Below, in pieces: positions 29,546-39,877 of a DNA stretch of 64,000 bases; the stretch's first letter is position 1, and every line of letters starts with the position of its first letter. The stretch lies in IMG/VR virus record IMGVR_UViG_3300029305_005079, one strand, 5' to 3'. The notes under the pieces were generated by a model that did no database searches, was not told the DNA's origin, and worked only from the letters and a program-made list of their open reading frames with translations. This DNA is from an uncultured virus (IMG/VR IMGVR_UViG_3300029305_005079). Its lineage: Duplodnaviria; Heunggongvirae; Uroviricota; Caudoviricetes. The translations under genes and the position numbers were made by a program.

Positions 29546-29773
29546 TCACATCACACTAATTGCTATTGAACTTTCCCAATCATTAGCATTTAAGTCTTCA
29601 TTATTCATAAAGTGTGCCATACCAGTTGTTGTATTTCGTCTTAATACTCTTACGTCGTAGTCTTTATACAAATACATCTCTTCATCTATAGGCCAGCTAC
29701 AACGTCTAATAATTAAACCACTCTCTCCAATAAGTAGGCCTAATGCTTGGGAGAATGTCATTCCAGTCATCAT
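29546..29773 (-). CDS. small hypothetical protein (DUF2829-like)
   Basis: MTFSQAL...IRRCSW...EDLNANDW pattern; RBS AGGAGG. Confidence 0.55.
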   Translation of the reverse strand: MMTGMTFSQALGLLIGESGLIIRRCSWPIDEEMYLYKDYDVRVLRRNTTTGMAHFMNNEDLNANDWESSIAISVM

Positions 29774-29816
29774 ATTTTCCTCCTTTCTTTATATCACGAA
29801 AATGAAAGCTGCCTCC

Positions 29817-30122
29817 TCAAGAGGCAGCTTTCGTAATTATTGTAAGGACTGAAGCTCCATTAATTTCCATGTTAATATTGAATTTATCATTATATACACT
29901 GAAAGAAGATGCATTAAAATCTTCATATAGAGCTTTTGCGTCTTCTTCTGTTTCCATCAGCAATCTGAAGGTTACCTGAGACGCTCCATTTTCTGTACAA
30001 ATATCTAAATCCTGTCTATCTCCGACTATATTATATAAAACCATTAACTCATCAAAGCAGTTTATTATCACAGCCGATAGATCATCAGAATTTAGATTAT
30101 GAATAAAATCCGTTGTATTCAT
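29817..30122 (-). CDS. hypothetical protein
   Basis: RBS GGAGG. Confidence 0.65.
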   Translation of the reverse strand: MNTTDFIHNLNSDDLSAVIINCFDELMVLYNIVGDRQDLDICTENGASQVTFRLLMETEEDAKALYEDFNASSFSVYNDKFNINMEINGASVLTIITKAAS

Positions 30123-30124
30123 GG

Positions 30125-30418
30125 CTAAAACGCGCCTCCTTCGACTAAATCTTCCATAGCTTCTTCATACATATCAGCCTCTAGAGACGACATAGGCGGT
30201 GTTTCATCGTTGGCTGTATCAATTCTTTTTGCATCAGGTGGAGCCGCGCGTCTAATCAAAGGCGGCAAACCCTTCTTTCGACGCTCGGCATTTTCTTCCT
30301 CTTCCCTCTGCTTAGCTTCTCTTTCGGCTCGTTCCTTCTCGGCTTTAGCATGGGCTTCGGCACGATCATATACGAGCTTATAATACTCATGCAGTTCTCG
30401 GAAGGGACGATCCATCAA
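30125..30418 (-). CDS. probable frameshift extension of the upstream tail/baseplate chaperone
   Basis: no RBS; frame open upstream to 30517, overlapping the end of 30472-32250. Confidence 0.55.
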   Translation of the reverse strand: MMDRPFRELHEYYKLVYDRAEAHAKAEKERAEREAKQREEEENAERRKKGLPPLIRRAAPPDAKRIDTANDETPPMSSLEADMYEEAMEDLVEGGAF

Positions 30419-30471
30419 TTCGACAATCGATATACGACCTTTTAGGTTTAAAGATATCGATTCGACATATT

Positions 30472-32250
30472 CTACATACTGCCGATAGCTGCCAACTGAT
30501 GCCGTGTAAAAAGCATGTTATCAGGAGACATATCGGTATTTGCAGGAATTTCTGTTGCACATTCGGGGCAGTTACATGCAGGAATCTGATAGCTCATCTT
30601 AGAAGCTTCATCATCGTAAGAACCAACGATAGATCTAAGAGTATAATACTCCTCAGAGCTGAGCTGGCTAATTACATCATAGAATGCTTTAATACGACGA
30701 GCAGACGACTTTGCCTGATCATTGGGATCGGGCTTAGTATCGATAGGAATAAGCTGGCTATTCTCATTATCGATAATATAAATACCTTCGATGTAGGAAA
30801 CGAGATCGATAAGGTCTGCATGCTTTTCAAGGAACTTGTCAGAGAGGCTAGCAGTCTCGATAATAACATTCCATACAGAAGGAGTACGAAGTGCAAATGC
30901 ATAAGAATTAGAGATCTGATAAAGATCAGCCTGATAAGAATCGGTATTAGGCGTTGTAGAATCCATTCTCATAATAGAACGGACCTTTTCACGAGTCTTA
31001 TCATCCTCATATACAACCATATCCTCAAACTTGATATCCTTAAGGAATACCTTACTACAATGAGGACACTGATAGTTTACAAAATTAGAGCCATTAAACG
31101 TTGCCATATAAATAGCAAAGTAAATGTGCTGGAGATCTACGAAACGAGTCTGCTTGAGCCAAGTTTCGAATTCAGGCTTATTAGCATCGAATACATGATC
31201 ATAAAGAACTCTATACATATCCTTGAAAGTATTGAGTCTATTACGAGAAGTATTCTCAGGATTAAGCTTAAGGATCTCAGGACCAGAAAGACCAGTCATA
31301 GAGATCGGGCGACCTTCGCTAAGCATTACCCAGTCAGCAACGCTTTCTCTGCTCTTAGCAGCTAGCTTCATAGCCTTCTGAGCATTAATAGACTTCTTAG
31401 AGAAGGTAAACTTAGAAAGATCGAGCTTGGAATTCTTTACAGGGGTAATCTTTTCATTAAATTCCTTCTTAAGCTCACCGAGGATTTCATCGCTAGTCTT
31501 ACCAGTGCTAGGTTCTGTTTCAGCGAGTTCCTCATCATCGGCAAAAAGATCTTCATCATCGATACCATCGAGAATGGAAACCTTTTCTGTAGTAACAATA
31601 CGAGCCTTAACAGGTTCCTTAGGCTCTTCTGCAATATCTGAAGGCTTTTCTTCAACTTCTTCAGCAGCAGTCTTCTTTACAACAGGTACAGTTTCTGTAA
31701 TTACTTCTTCCTCAGTATCTACAACGATATTTTCAGATACCGTTTCTTCTTCGTGGGTAAATGCAGAAACTCTAGGTCTGATGATATTATCAGTATCAGA
31801 AGAATCGTCATCCTCGTCATAGAGACCAAGATCATCATCTTCATCATCGCTATTTGCAACAGAAGTAGATACGGCTGCAGCATCTGCCTCTTCATTAGCC
31901 TTTTCCTCAATCTCAGTCTGCTGAGCCTGTACTACAGCATCGATTCTATCATCGATGTTTTTACATTCTCTATCTACAGCAGCATCAAGATCTGCAAAAA
32001 GATTATCTTCCATGGTAGGTTCAGCTTTACGCTTAGGAAGAATATCCGTGGCTTCAAGCGTCTTCATACCATCCATATTTACGGGTCCAGTCTGAATAGG
32101 AGTAGCTTTAAACTTCTTCTCTTCAGTAGCGGGAGCTTCCACCCCCTGATCAACGGTAACCTTTCCTCTTGTAAGATCTACAGGTGCTGTAGATCCAGTG
32201 CGAGGAGTACTATCCATCATTTCGTTAAGTGATACATTCTTATCGCTCAT
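30472..32250 (-). CDS. putative baseplate-hub/tail assembly chaperone (T4 gp26-like C-terminus, acidic N-terminus)
   Basis: two CxxC pairs (YQCPHC, CNCPEC); LRTPSV; long D/E-rich N-terminus. Confidence 0.55.
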   Translation of the reverse strand: MSDKNVSLNEMMDSTPRTGSTAPVDLTRGKVTVDQGVEAPATEEKKFKATPIQTGPVNMDGMKTLEATDILPKRKAEPTMEDNLFADLDAAVDRECKNIDDRIDAVVQAQQTEIEEKANEEADAAAVSTSVANSDDEDDDLGLYDEDDDSSDTDNIIRPRVSAFTHEEETVSENIVVDTEEEVITETVPVVKKTAAEEVEEKPSDIAEEPKEPVKARIVTTEKVSILDGIDDEDLFADDEELAETEPSTGKTSDEILGELKKEFNEKITPVKNSKLDLSKFTFSKKSINAQKAMKLAAKSRESVADWVMLSEGRPISMTGLSGPEILKLNPENTSRNRLNTFKDMYRVLYDHVFDANKPEFETWLKQTRFVDLQHIYFAIYMATFNGSNFVNYQCPHCSKVFLKDIKFEDMVVYEDDKTREKVRSIMRMDSTTPNTDSYQADLYQISNSYAFALRTPSVWNVIIETASLSDKFLEKHADLIDLVSYIEGIYIIDNENSQLIPIDTKPDPNDQAKSSARRIKAFYDVISQLSSEEYYTLRSIVGSYDDEASKMSYQIPACNCPECATEIPANTDMSPDNMLFTRHQLAAIGSM

Positions 32251-32275
32251 GATTATATATCCTCCTTAAATTATC

Positions 32276-32656
32276 TTACAAATTAGTCAGACGTGTAAAA
32301 TCTGATTTTATATCATTTGTATTAGAATCGTAGTAAATTCCATACAAAGTATTATCTATTTCAGCTGCAATCATTAACACGCCTTCTTTTTCTCGACATG
32401 AAACTCTTACACCTTGAAATTGCGGTAAATACGCTTCGATTTGTGCTTGAAAATTAGATTGCAATTCTCTAGCAATCCCTTCAACACCAAATCTATATTT
32501 AGACATTAATCCAACACCCATTTCTGGATGGGACTGAAATGTTCCAGGTTCTAGTAATAGAAGCCTGACAAGTAATGTTGCTATGGCTTCAGCATCTTCA
32601 AATACTTTTGGATTCTGAAAGTCATCAACGGAAAATGAAAATTCTTTAATTGCCAT
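32276..32656 (-). CDS. putative baseplate wedge protein (gp25-like)
   Basis: LLLLEPGTFQSHPEMGVGL...QIEAYLP; late promoter 32690-32701. Confidence 0.55.
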   Translation of the reverse strand: MAIKEFSFSVDDFQNPKVFEDAEAIATLLVRLLLLEPGTFQSHPEMGVGLMSKYRFGVEGIARELQSNFQAQIEAYLPQFQGVRVSCREKEGVLMIAAEIDNTLYGIYYDSNTNDIKSDFTRLTNL

Positions 32657-32744
32657 TATCCTATCACCACCAATTTAGGCAAATATTTTTAATAATCTGT
32701 TGTAGTAGTAAAAAAGTACACAAAATTTACTGCGATTTTGCACC

Positions 32745-32756
32745 AACATTAATATA
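32745..32756 (+). promoter_or_regulatory. late-type promoter with no downstream CDS before a terminator
   Basis: AACATTAATATA. Confidence 0.6.
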
Positions 32757-32992
32757 ATAGGATATATACGTTTAGGAGAAGGGATAAGTTGTTTTTCTGT
32801 CATGTTTTGATTTCTCCTTTCTTTGTAATATAAAGTTTTTCTGTCATATGGGTATTACCTCCTGTTTTCATAAATAAATCATACACACAACGCATGAGCC
32901 GTACGTTTTTCATTTTTTCACCTCCTGATTTTATATATCCTTCTTTCTTTTAAGCACAGAGAGCCAGTTAGCTCTCTGTGCATTCGTTTTTT
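32756..32992 (+). ncRNA. candidate sRNA with three tandem anti-start/anti-Shine-Dalgarno modules
   Basis: promoter upstream; closing stem GGATATATA(32760)/TATATATCC(32940); terminator 32954-32981; three CAT-N-CTCCT modules. Confidence 0.55.
32954..32981 (+). terminator. intrinsic terminator
   Basis: GCACAGAGAGC/GCTCTCTGTGC followed by a T-rich tail. Confidence 0.7.
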
Positions 32993-33050
32993 GTTAATTC
33001 TACACCCTCAACATAGTTATAATATTAATTGGCAAGAGAGGAGTACAATA

Positions 33051-34469
33051 ATGAAACCAACGTATAAAACCTCTAGAAAATACAAATGCCCTTATTGTGA
33101 TTTTAAAGCTAGTAGGGCTGAATTAGTTGAGCATGTTGATAAGAAACATGCCGATCTTATTCCCGAAGGATACTCTGCCGCCAGAGCTGTATATGATTCT
33201 ATTAATGGTAAGAATTATGGAATTTGCATGATCTGTAAAAAGCAAGTATATGAATGGAATGATAAAATAAATAGATATAAGAATCTTTGCGATAATCCTA
33301 AATGTAGAGCTAAAGTAAGAGAAAATGCTTTGGAAAGACATATTAAGGTATACAATAAACCCACACTGCTTAATGATGCCGAACAGCAGGAAAAAATGCT
33401 TGCTAATAGAAGGATTTCTGGCAAGTATATTTTTAGTGATGGCACCCCTGTAATTTTTACAGGAAAATATGAAAAGAATGCTCTTGAATTTATTGATAAA
33501 GTGCTTGGTATTCCTGCCAAGGATATTCAGGCCCCTGGACCTGTTCTTGAGTATGAATATAATGGAGAGACTCATAAGTGGATTACAGATATTTATTATA
33601 TTCCTGCTAATCTTCTTATAGAGATTAAAGATGGCGGATCTAATCCTAATACCAGATCGATGCCTTCTTATAGAGAAAAGCAAGTTGCTAAAGAAGTTAT
33701 GGTTACAAGCATAGGCACGTTCAATTACGTACGTCTTACAAATAATAACTTTGCGCAGCTTCTTGAAGTTCTTGCTGATATTAAAAATGGAGTATTATAT
33801 GAAGAGAATCCTAAGATGAAGATTCATATTAATGAAGAAGTCGGTGGAATGCCTCCTCATAGACCTCCTGAGGCATATATTGTACCTTATGGTATGAATA
33901 ATGCATTCTCTGGCGGACCTGGATTAGCATATACAGATTCTGAGATGGATAAGATTATTACTGTAGATGATGATGGTAATATTGTTCCTATGGTAGAATC
34001 TGTATTTAACGAGTTATATCCAGACCAAGGACCAACGTTAATTTATAAAGGTGATAATATTTCTAAAGCAAGAGAGATTATCTCTTCGGCTAAAGCTAAT
34101 CCGCTAGCTTTTGTAGAAGCTCTTATAGGAAGAAAACTTTGTAAATGGGAAGAAATTCTTCTTTCAGAAAATTTTAAATATTATGATAAAGATAGAGAAA
34201 ACAGAATTTGCCACTTTATAGAAAATGCTACCATTATACAGGCTGATGCTAATAATAAGAATGCTAGTAGTATAGTAGATACTGTAGGCAATGTAAAGAT
34301 CTGTCGAGGGATTAAAGGATATTACGCATTTACAGCAGGATCGTTCAATATGGCTAGCGATTATTTTACAGATTTGGAATCGCTTAAAAATTCAGGTATT
34401 ATAAATCTTATGCAAGATATCTATAATTCTAATTCTACCAATGGAGGTGAGATAGATGTCGACGAATAA
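33051..34469 (+). CDS. Zn-finger + TnsA-like PD-(D/E)xK nuclease protein (possible head-completion nuclease); start re-called to 33051
   Basis: YKCPYC...HVDKKH, CMICK, WITDIYY...LLIEIKDG; RBS GAGGAG; late promoter 33010-33021. Confidence 0.65.
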   Translation: MKPTYKTSRKYKCPYCDFKASRAELVEHVDKKHADLIPEGYSAARAVYDSINGKNYGICMICKKQVYEWNDKINRYKNLCDNPKCRAKVRENALERHIKVYNKPTLLNDAEQQEKMLANRRISGKYIFSDGTPVIFTGKYEKNALEFIDKVLGIPAKDIQAPGPVLEYEYNGETHKWITDIYYIPANLLIEIKDGGSNPNTRSMPSYREKQVAKEVMVTSIGTFNYVRLTNNNFAQLLEVLADIKNGVLYEENPKMKIHINEEVGGMPPHRPPEAYIVPYGMNNAFSGGPGLAYTDSEMDKIITVDDDGNIVPMVESVFNELYPDQGPTLIYKGDNISKAREIISSAKANPLAFVEALIGRKLCKWEEILLSENFKYYDKDRENRICHFIENATIIQADANNKNASSIVDTVGNVKICRGIKGYYAFTAGSFNMASDYFTDLESLKNSGIINLMQDIYNSNSTNGGEIDVDE

Positions 34470-37008
34470 TTTTATTACAAACGATGATTTTATGATTTCG
34501 AGTTATCTTCATACTCCTGAAGATCCTAAAGTCATTGACAATAAGAAAGACAAAGATGCTCAATATTGGGCTACCACAGCCAATAGAGTTATCATAACTC
34601 CTACTGAAACTCTTGAGGAGCTAGAAGACCAATGGATCAATTTCAATTCTATGATTAAGAAGCATAGAAGGGAATCGGACTGGGAAAGTCTTTCTCTCTA
34701 TGGTATGACTAATAAAGATCATTATGAAAAGCTTAGAGCTAAGTTTCTCGGGCAGGATATAGATAATGAGATTGACAATATTCAGCAGCAGATTTCCTCT
34801 TCTGATATTCCTGTAACCGAGTCTTATGTAGATATGGCTGATACCTATTATACTCCAGATGCTATTAATTATACATCTGCCGATGTAGATAAAGCAAGAC
34901 TCTGGGCACAAGAGTCTGATAGAGTTATCATTCTTCCTACAAGAACCCTTCAAGAGCTTGAAGAATTGTGGGATGCATATAATGCTATGATCAAGAAGCA
35001 TAGAAGAGAATCAGACTGGTATAGCTTTGAAGTCTTTGGGATCTCCAATCTTACACATTATGAATATCTCAAAAACGAATTTCTAAGAGAAGATATTCGT
35101 CAAGAAGATCAAGAACGATATGGATCTGTGATTGAATCTGTTACTGTAGCAGACAAAAAGAGATATTATAATAAGGCTATTAAAGAATCTCGCATCGATA
35201 CCGCCAAAGTTCTTATCGAATCTGTATCAACCAATGATAATATTTTCGATAGCTCTATAACTCAAAATGTTGTATCTGATGTGCTTGATAAATATGATGC
35301 AGATCTAATTGCACCTTCTGATATTGTAGACAATATTACTTGTGGAGATATGCCTTTCTTCAGCCCAGAAGAAATGATCGATATGGGTGTATTTTCATCA
35401 AATCCTGAGGACAATTTCTATGGAGTTATTGCCGATAATACTCATATAGACGATAATATTTCTGTACAAGAATGGTTTAATATCTATAGAGCTGCAGACA
35501 AAGGTTTTTATACAGAGCTTTGTAATTATACTAATCTTTGGGTTGATAAAGTCAGAAGACTTATGTATGAACTTTCGCTTATAAATCCTATCAATGAAAT
35601 CCGGATCAAATCAAAGAAGCAGTCTATTCTAGAACTCGGTTGGAATCCAGAAATTCCTTTCGATACAAAGTCTAGATTGCTTGCTAGAGAGATGTCTATA
35701 TTTAGACAGAAATCTAATTTTTCTGGTTCTAAATATAGAATGGTAGATCTTAGAGAGTATAAGGTTGGAGATACTTTTGCCCTTACAGAGGGTAATAATG
35801 ATAACAATCTTAGACCTGTATATGTAGTAATGATTGAAGGAAAATCTTATTTCTCTAAAGCTATTAAAGTTCTTACTAAAGACATATATTCTCATATTGC
35901 AATCTCTCTCGATCCAGAACTTCATGAAATGTATAGCTATGGCATACAGACAAATGAAAGATCAAGTCATAAAGGATTTAGAAGAGAAGATATTATAGAT
36001 CTTCCTGTAGGTGGAAGACTTGGAGTATTTGTATTCTTCGTATCTGATAAGGTTTATCATAGAATTGAGGAATTTATCGATACATTTAAAGAAAATATCG
36101 AAAAGACTTCATACTCTTTCATTAATCTTATTACATACTTATTTAATATTCCTTATAATACAGAGTGGAGTCTCGTATGCTCTCAGTTTGTAGATAGATG
36201 TCTTCAGTCTGTTGGAATTAATCTTACTGGTAAGGATTCTTCCCAGGTAGCACCTTCTGATATGAATAAAGCCCTTACAAACGAAAATAGGATTTATAAC
36301 GTTTATGAAGGCCTTGCTTCAAAATATAAAGCTAATGAGATTAAGAAACTCGTAAATGCTCTTAGTAAGAAAGCTATCCCTCTCAAAGAAGCCTATGCAA
36401 GATTCTATGAGAATTCTAAGCGATTTATTATGGGCGTAATTAGCAATATCAATGATATCTCAGCGCTTAATGAAATGAGAAACTATCTTGATATTGTAAA
36501 AGATACGAAAACTAGAAATCTTCTTGAGAGATTAGTATTTGATCCTATCGATATTAGACCTCTAGGAGAAGCAAAAGAATTTCCAATCCAGTTCGATAAA
36601 GAGGGAAATCTTTTGATTAAGAATCTTAAAAAACTTGATTATGAAGGCGAATATGCAAAATCTCATAAATTGCTTCAGCAATATGATAAAACTGGTAATT
36701 ATGAGGGTATGAAATATGAGCTTTCTAAATTATGGATGATGCTTTGTATGATAGAAGAGACTCTGCATTCTAAGAAATTCCAAGAATTACCTTCGTTTGC
36801 TATAGAGACATCTTCTGCTCATAAAGCTAGGGCTAAGATTATAAATGATTTTCGGTATTATTTAACTAAGGTTATGAATAATGAGCCTAAGTTTAATTTT
36901 ACAGAATATTATGAGAATAGCCCATTCAGTTATGCTGTAACAAAGATAAACAATTCTACTCTTGTCTTTATGGGCAAGATGATTAAAAAGTTTATCAAGT
37001 CTATCTAA
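34456..37008 (+). CDS. large virion-associated protein with an internal repeat and a permuted papain-like (YiiX/NlpC-P60) domain
   Basis: two copies of RVIIxPTxTLxELE...MIKKHRRESDW; YSHIAISLD...LVCSQFV (His before Cys). Confidence 0.7.
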   Translation: MSTNNFITNDDFMISSYLHTPEDPKVIDNKKDKDAQYWATTANRVIITPTETLEELEDQWINFNSMIKKHRRESDWESLSLYGMTNKDHYEKLRAKFLGQDIDNEIDNIQQQISSSDIPVTESYVDMADTYYTPDAINYTSADVDKARLWAQESDRVIILPTRTLQELEELWDAYNAMIKKHRRESDWYSFEVFGISNLTHYEYLKNEFLREDIRQEDQERYGSVIESVTVADKKRYYNKAIKESRIDTAKVLIESVSTNDNIFDSSITQNVVSDVLDKYDADLIAPSDIVDNITCGDMPFFSPEEMIDMGVFSSNPEDNFYGVIADNTHIDDNISVQEWFNIYRAADKGFYTELCNYTNLWVDKVRRLMYELSLINPINEIRIKSKKQSILELGWNPEIPFDTKSRLLAREMSIFRQKSNFSGSKYRMVDLREYKVGDTFALTEGNNDNNLRPVYVVMIEGKSYFSKAIKVLTKDIYSHIAISLDPELHEMYSYGIQTNERSSHKGFRREDIIDLPVGGRLGVFVFFVSDKVYHRIEEFIDTFKENIEKTSYSFINLITYLFNIPYNTEWSLVCSQFVDRCLQSVGINLTGKDSSQVAPSDMNKALTNENRIYNVYEGLASKYKANEIKKLVNALSKKAIPLKEAYARFYENSKRFIMGVISNINDISALNEMRNYLDIVKDTKTRNLLERLVFDPIDIRPLGEAKEFPIQFDKEGNLLIKNLKKLDYEGEYAKSHKLLQQYDKTGNYEGMKYELSKLWMMLCMIEETLHSKKFQELPSFAIETSSAHKARAKIINDFRYYLTKVMNNEPKFNFTEYYENSPFSYAVTKINNSTLVFMGKMIKKFIKSI

Positions 37009-37131
37009 ATATAAAAGAGGTATAGAGATTCTCTCTATACCTCTAATATTTTCATAAATTATATACTATATATTTAGAAAGTAGTACATCTTAAACTACT
37101 TATTAAATTTAACCACAAAGGAGAATGAAAA

Positions 37132-38109
37132 ATGTTTAATTTTGGCGGTGGCATGCTTACAGGCCACGAGATTGAACGACAGATCAAGAAGGGTAATATC
37201 GAGATATCTCCCTATGATCCTAAGTTTATAAATCCTAATAGTATTAATTTACGTCTACATCCTTGTCTTAAAGTATATGATAGAGATGCTGACAGAATTA
37301 ATCTTCTTATGAATACAAAATATGAAGCTCCTGTAGAAGATAATCATATACGAATTAAGCCATTTGATATTACTTCCATTGCTAAGCTTAATATGGAAGA
37401 TATCAAGACTGAAGCTATGGAAGTAAAACAGGCAGCTCCTGTAGCTAATGCTGAAAATGCAACTAGCGTTGAAAAAGACAGTGATACCATAACAATAAAA
37501 ACTGGGGGCAAAGAAGCCACAGTGCATATGCTTACCGGACATGCTATAAGTGAAGAAATCGTATCTAAAACAGATGCGATTGTGGAAAAAGTTAATATTG
37601 GATTTGATTGTGCTTTAGATTATGTTGGCAATAGGCATTCTAATGCTATTGAACGAATTAGAGCGCTTGAGAAATATCCGAATAATGAGAGTTATCATCT
37701 AACTCCTCTTGATATGAATAAAGATAATCCTACAATGGATTTATTTATTCCGGAAGAAGGCTTAGTACTTTGGCCTGGAGTTCTGTATATTGGCAGAACC
37801 TTGGAAAGAACTGCTACAGACAAGTTTATCCCTATGATTAATGGAAGATCGTCTGTAGGAAGACTTGGAATTTCAGTACATATTACTGCAGGTTTCGGAG
37901 ATATTGGATTCGATGGAACATGGACTCTGGAAATTACAGTTGCAGAGCCTGTTAGAGTTTATCCTTGCTCCGAAATTGCTCAGGTATGTTTCTTTAAACC
38001 TTGCGGAAAGGTTAAAAAATTATATAAAGGACGTTATCAGAATCAGATAGATGCAACAGCAAGCAGATTCTATAAGTCCAGGGAGGAAGCTTATGGCAGC
38101 GATACCTAA
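37132..38109 (+). CDS. dcd: dCTP deaminase with a large internal insertion
   Basis: INPNSINLRL, GRSSVGRLGI, HITAGFGDIGFDGTWTLEI, IAQVCF, YKGRYQNQ; early promoter 37060-37071. Confidence 0.88.
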   Translation: MFNFGGGMLTGHEIERQIKKGNIEISPYDPKFINPNSINLRLHPCLKVYDRDADRINLLMNTKYEAPVEDNHIRIKPFDITSIAKLNMEDIKTEAMEVKQAAPVANAENATSVEKDSDTITIKTGGKEATVHMLTGHAISEEIVSKTDAIVEKVNIGFDCALDYVGNRHSNAIERIRALEKYPNNESYHLTPLDMNKDNPTMDLFIPEEGLVLWPGVLYIGRTLERTATDKFIPMINGRSSVGRLGISVHITAGFGDIGFDGTWTLEITVAEPVRVYPCSEIAQVCFFKPCGKVKKLYKGRYQNQIDATASRFYKSREEAYGSDT

Positions 38110-39004
38110 AATTTATTCTGGCACAAAATTCTTTAGATATATTGATGGTCAAGATGAACCTGAAATTATTAGAATTTATAATATGCCTAAGGAGAATTCT
38201 AAAACAAATAAACTAAGCTATTTCGATAGTGAAGGAAATAGAAAAAGAATGACGCTTGAGCGTCTTCTTAGAGATTACAAAATGCTTAAGGTTGATGGGT
38301 TTATTATGTTTTCTATAGTATCTATCGGTCTTGTTCCTGATGTAATCGCAGCATTACAGAGAAGTGATGTTGATGATAATCTTCCTTATGTGATTTGCAG
38401 ACAGGGAATTACAGACGTATTCTCTACTTATGCACATCCTGATGAGAAAATTCAATATCTTGGTATCTCTATTAGTAGAGATACATGTCCTGCAAATATT
38501 AAATTTGAAGATTGCATGATGTGTACAGATCTCAAATCTTATAAGTCTATTGCTATATATCTTGATGATACTCTTGATGATATTTTAAAGATGTTTAGTA
38601 ATACAAAATTTGATAATATCCTTGTACAGTTTAAGGCTCTTAATGAGCAGTATAGTGCTGGAGACGGTCTTAAGCATGAAGGATATTGTTTAACGCTTAG
38701 AGAACTTCTCGAAAGTAATAATTTTATGTATGACTTTAGAAAGTGCTTTAAGATTATGGAGCTTCCTTTCCATATCAATGAAGAGATGGAAGGTCTTGAT
38801 ATAAATAATACTCTATTTTTGGAGAATGAGTTAAAGGTTAATATAATGGAAACTTATCTCGTAAAGTATTCTAAAGAGATTAATCTTAAAGAAATTAAAA
38901 GAGATTATATTCTTGCTACTTCTATAGCAGATGGTTGTAAAGATATTTATATAGTCGGTTATGACCCTGCTGATGGAAAATATATACCTAGAACCACGAT
39001 ATAA
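38093..39004 (+). CDS. hypothetical protein (start re-called to 38093)
   Basis: RBS GGAGG before ATGGCAGCG. Confidence 0.65.
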   Translation: MAAIPKIYSGTKFFRYIDGQDEPEIIRIYNMPKENSKTNKLSYFDSEGNRKRMTLERLLRDYKMLKVDGFIMFSIVSIGLVPDVIAALQRSDVDDNLPYVICRQGITDVFSTYAHPDEKIQYLGISISRDTCPANIKFEDCMMCTDLKSYKSIAIYLDDTLDDILKMFSNTKFDNILVQFKALNEQYSAGDGLKHEGYCLTLRELLESNNFMYDFRKCFKIMELPFHINEEMEGLDINNTLFLENELKVNIMETYLVKYSKEINLKEIKRDYILATSIADGCKDIYIVGYDPADGKYIPRTTI

Positions 39005-39124
39005 TTTGATTTATCAAACAAAATAATAGGTATATACTATAATTGTGATTAAAGTAGCGCGGATGTGTAATTTTACCATATCTGCAACATTTTAATTAAA
39101 CCAAAATATTTTTAATCTGAAAGG

Positions 39125-39877
39125 ATGGAACAAACTATGGCTGAACTTAAAGTCACAAACGCAGAAGTCAAGAAGGCTACAATTGAGGTAGCCGCACATG
39201 CAGAGTTCGAAGGAGATATGAAGACCAATATCGTATCTAGTATCGAAATGGCCGAGATCGTATCTTCTCTCTTTGCTCCCGCATTTTCTGATTACTATGG
39301 TTGTAATGTCCGCATCAACGACGGTCGTGCAAACCCTGTAATCGCAAACAGCATGCCTCTCGGTGCAATCTATGTTGATCTCTTCTTTAAGGATCAGGGT
39401 AAGGCTGCAGAAGGCACTTGGAAGAACATCAATCTCAGAGGTTCTAATGATGAGGGCAAGTCTGACCTCGGTTCTCGTTTCGCACGTGTAAACGGTACTA
39501 TTAATACCGGTCGTGCATATGAAGTTACCAAGGAAACTTATGAAGCTCTCGAAGAGTTCACTTTCAACGGCGGACGTGTACGTTGGAATGAGCATACTCA
39601 GGAGATCGTTACTCCTATGACTGCTTATGGTAAGGAAGAAGTAGTTGTTTGCATCTCTGGCCTCAGCCTCAACAAGATTATCACCAAGATCTATGGTGAG
39701 AAGACTGAAGAGGGTCGTTATGAGTACATTGCAAATCCCTCTACTATTATTCCTAACAAGGCAAATGAGTTTATTATGCAGGTTTCTCAGCTTGATCTCG
39801 CAGCTGTTCGTGACCTTCAGAAGACTCTTGGAATTTATAGCGGCAACGCTCCTCAGTTCCACCAGTATCATCGCTAA
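39125..39877 (+). CDS. conserved hypothetical protein, probably highly expressed
   Basis: strong codon bias; early promoter 39031-39042; terminator at about 39957-39990. Confidence 0.75.
   Translation: MEQTMAELKVTNAEVKKATIEVAAHAEFEGDMKTNIVSSIEMAEIVSSLFAPAFSDYYGCNVRINDGRANPVIANSMPLGAIYVDLFFKDQGKAAEGTWKNINLRGSNDEGKSDLGSRFARVNGTINTGRAYEVTKETYEALEEFTFNGGRVRWNEHTQEIVTPMTAYGKEEVVVCISGLSLNKIITKIYGEKTEEGRYEYIANPSTIIPNKANEFIMQVSQLDLAAVRDLQKTLGIYSGNAPQFHQYHR

Noticed and set aside
37280..37710. Intein or intron in dcd
   Set aside because: No intein terminal residues and no P/Q/R/S motifs.
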